Shown here piece by piece: positions 38,797-40,572 of a stretch of 40,572 nucleotides of DNA. The notes under the pieces were generated by a model, which was not told where the DNA came from, ran no database searches, and saw nothing but the letters and a program-made list of their open reading frames with translations. Each line of letters starts with the position of its first letter. Positions within the stretch are counted from its first letter, which is position 1. The stretch is taken from positions 1-40,572 of the forward strand of contig DASUTP010000482.1 of assembly GCA_036374515.1 (NCBI GenBank), read 5' to 3'. This DNA is from Chryseolinea sp. (lineage in GTDB: Bacteria > Bacteroidota > Bacteroidia > Cytophagales > Cyclobacteriaceae). The position numbers and the translations under genes were made by a program.

Positions 38797-39444
38797 TTAA
38801 TGATTAAAGTCCGGTTGCTTCGCGGTTAGTTCTTTATATTTCTGATATAACTTTTTTCCTTTATCGGTAACAATTCCGTGAACGAAGTGATCGAAGATCT
38901 GCATCTGAACCTCTGCGATCTTAAATCGCGATGTCGGAAACACGTTATCATCAAAAGGCAACTGTACAAGCTCGAGCCGCATAGCGGCTATGATATCTAC
39001 ATTGATTTCAGGCCGGTAGTGGCCTTCTTCAATTCCCTGCCTCAAATTTCGTATCACCGAGTCTCTGATAAATTTGTGCTTGTGGTTAAGCCACACACTC
39101 CAGGCTTTCGGATGATACTTTTGTAGATCGAACAACAACGAGGGATTTGTATCTTCTGTGTTCTTCTTCAGGCATCTAGAGATCTTTGTTAATTCATCAA
39201 TTGCGTTCTTGGAGTTTCTGGTGATTTCCAGAAACTGGGCCGCCATCGTTTCAATATGCGCCTGACAAGCCATCGAAACAATGTCCTCCTTGTCGGCAAA
39301 ATGCTGATACAGCGTTTTTTTCGATACCGCCAAATGACGCGATATGTCATCCATCGATATGCTACGCACGCCATACTTCATAAAAAGACTTTCCGCGGCC
39401 TTTAAAATCTTCTTCTTGATATCCAATTGTTCCAGTTGTTCCAT
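38797..39444 (-). CDS. TetR/AcrR family regulator
   Basis: ILKAAESLF..YG...SMDDISRHLAVSKKTLYQHFADKE HTH; first gene of the efflux operon. Confidence 0.95.
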   Translation of the reverse strand: MEQLEQLDIKKKILKAAESLFMKYGVRSISMDDISRHLAVSKKTLYQHFADKEDIVSMACQAHIETMAAQFLEITRNSKNAIDELTKISRCLKKNTEDTNPSLLFDLQKYHPKAWSVWLNHKHKFIRDSVIRNLRQGIEEGHYRPEINVDIIAAMRLELVQLPFDDNVFPTSRFKIAEVQMQIFDHFVHGIVTDKGKKLYQKYKELTAKQPDFNH

Positions 39445-39454
39445 AAGGGGGTCA

Positions 39455-39496
39455 AAACTAAGGAAACTTTTAACATCACAAAAGTTTCCTTAGTTT
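39455..39496. promoter_or_regulatory. Candidate TetR operator (perfect 17-bp inverted repeat)
   Basis: AAACTAAGGAAACTTTT-AACATCAC-AAAAGTTTCCTTAGTTT, 10 nt upstream of the TetR ATG. Confidence 0.7.
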
Positions 39497-39656
39497 CCTT
39501 GAACGAACCAAAATCGATGAGGTTTACATTTTCCCGGGAATTTTGTGTTACTATTTTCGTCAGCGCCCTTTACAATCGTTTGAAGTCCTAAATCCCACCA
39601 CTGTTGTAATGACACATGAGGTTTATTGTAATGGACACCCTAACAAAAAAATATTT

Positions 39657-39995
39657 TCAGTCCCTATCCGGGGGGGTGCACCATTTTTCACGCATCTTTT
39701 TCTTGAATGCCTCGCGTTCCTCGGGACTCAATGACGACATCTTTTCATAAAAGCGATGTTTCCAAAACCGTTGCTGCATACCTGAGTCGCCATAAGCATG
39801 GCGTCTGCCTCCTATCCCAAAGAATAGAATTTTTGTAAGCGCCAACAACCCCAGTGCCTGCCAATAGGAAATAATGGGGCCATTGAACAAAACTGGCACA
39901 AGCCAATTCCAAAGCAACCAGGTGACCCAGGCAAAAAAGAATATTGCCAGCACTACGGCCACCGCGCATTTCAAAAATACAGCACCTCTTTTCAT
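39657..39995 (-). CDS. Hypothetical membrane protein downstream of the ECF sigma factor
   Basis: LWNWLVP.LF....ISYWQALGLL.L.KILF TM region with a basic C-terminus (EEREAFKKKM). Confidence 0.8.
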   Translation of the reverse strand: MKRGAVFLKCAVAVVLAIFFFAWVTWLLWNWLVPVLFNGPIISYWQALGLLALTKILFFGIGGRRHAYGDSGMQQRFWKHRFYEKMSSLSPEEREAFKKKMREKWCTPPDRD

Positions 39996-40091
39996 GTCTT
40001 AATCATTTTTTTGGATGACACATGGAACAATCCATACCTTATAATATGCGTGCAGCCAGATATTGCCCTGGACGTTTCATAGGCCCAAATT

Positions 40092-40572
40092 TTAAATATT
40101 GTCATAAAGCTTTTGTAACTTCTTGCGCAGGGAAAGGATTGCATAGCGCTTTCGCGACAGCAGGGTGTTGATCGATACGTTGGTCTCTTCTGCGATCTCA
40201 CGAAAACTGCGTTCTTCGATCTCGTTCAGGATAAATATTTCGCGCTGCTCTTCCGGCAATTCATCCAGGGCGTCCATTATGGCTTCCCAAAGGGCTTCCC
40301 GCAGAAAAATATCCTCGGGCGTGTTGCCCAAATCCGGCAGGATTTCCTGAAGTGTCAATGGCGCTCCATCGTCAGACCCTGACAAAAGCGCAAGGTCGGA
40401 TTTTTTTGGCCTTGCCGAATCCCTTCTGTACCGGTCAATAATTTTATTCCGGGCTACGGAAAATAACCATGCGGTTACACGATCCAGCGAGTCAATCGTC
40501 TCATAACCAGCTACAAACTGATAGAATACGTCCTGAAGAATGTCTTCAGCTTCCTCCAGCGAGGACACGCGG
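40092..40572 (-). CDS. ECF sigma-70 factor, 5' end outside the window
   Basis: AEDILQDVF and WLFSVARNKIIDRYRR (region 2); LPEEQREIF...SFREIAE (region 4). The frame stays open to the window edge. Confidence 0.92.
   Translation of the reverse strand, partial: RVSSLEEAEDILQDVFYQFVAGYETIDSLDRVTAWLFSVARNKIIDRYRRDSARPKKSDLALLSGSDDGAPLTLQEILPDLGNTPEDIFLREALWEAIMDALDELPEEQREIFILNEIEERSFREIAEETNVSINTLLSRKRYAILSLRKKLQKLYDNI

Noticed and set aside
1-40572. Prophage, defence island, IS element, tRNA or rRNA
   Set aside because: I recognised no integrase, transposase, phage, restriction or cas motifs and no tRNA/rRNA-like sequence; gene content is housekeeping and envelope related.

Overview
A 40.6-kb stretch of core-looking chromosome from a Bacteroidota bacterium, probably Cytophagales (inferred from the IPExxxVDY-acpP-fabF-rnc block, DUF2807 and PorV/PorQ-like genes, and TAnnTTTG-type promoters). 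In order it holds: a partial polysaccharide deacetylase, an RsbU/SpoIIE-type phosphatase, a GT2, ruvC, a glycan locus (two GT4-like, WecF-like, VioA/DegT, Wzx) coupled to miaA, an MBL hydrolase, an RqcH/NFACT protein, pyk, acpP-fabF-rnc-nadE-lgt, an outer-membrane cluster (single-POTRA Omp85, small PorV/PorQ-like barrel, ComEA-type HhH-barrel fusion), a GIN-domain protein, an RRM protein, DoxX, an FGGY gluconokinase, two tandem metallophosphoesterases, a TetR-TolC-MFP-RND efflux operon and a partial ECF sigma factor. I saw no rRNA, tRNA, transposase or CRISPR array. The most unusual non-coding structure is a three-unit palindromic repeat array (13361-13829) with heptamer-built inverted arms and a homologous ~100-nt core; it supplies the stop codons of both convergent flanking genes. 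Other items worth a second look are a second heptamer hairpin between rnc and nadE, the HhH-barrel module (candidate pilus-independent DNA receptor), an RqcH with altered anticodon-contact motifs, a 104-aa periplasmic segment in Lgt, an unlisted 34-aa membrane microprotein, and several probable leaderless transcripts. All calls come from reading motifs by eye; no searches were run.
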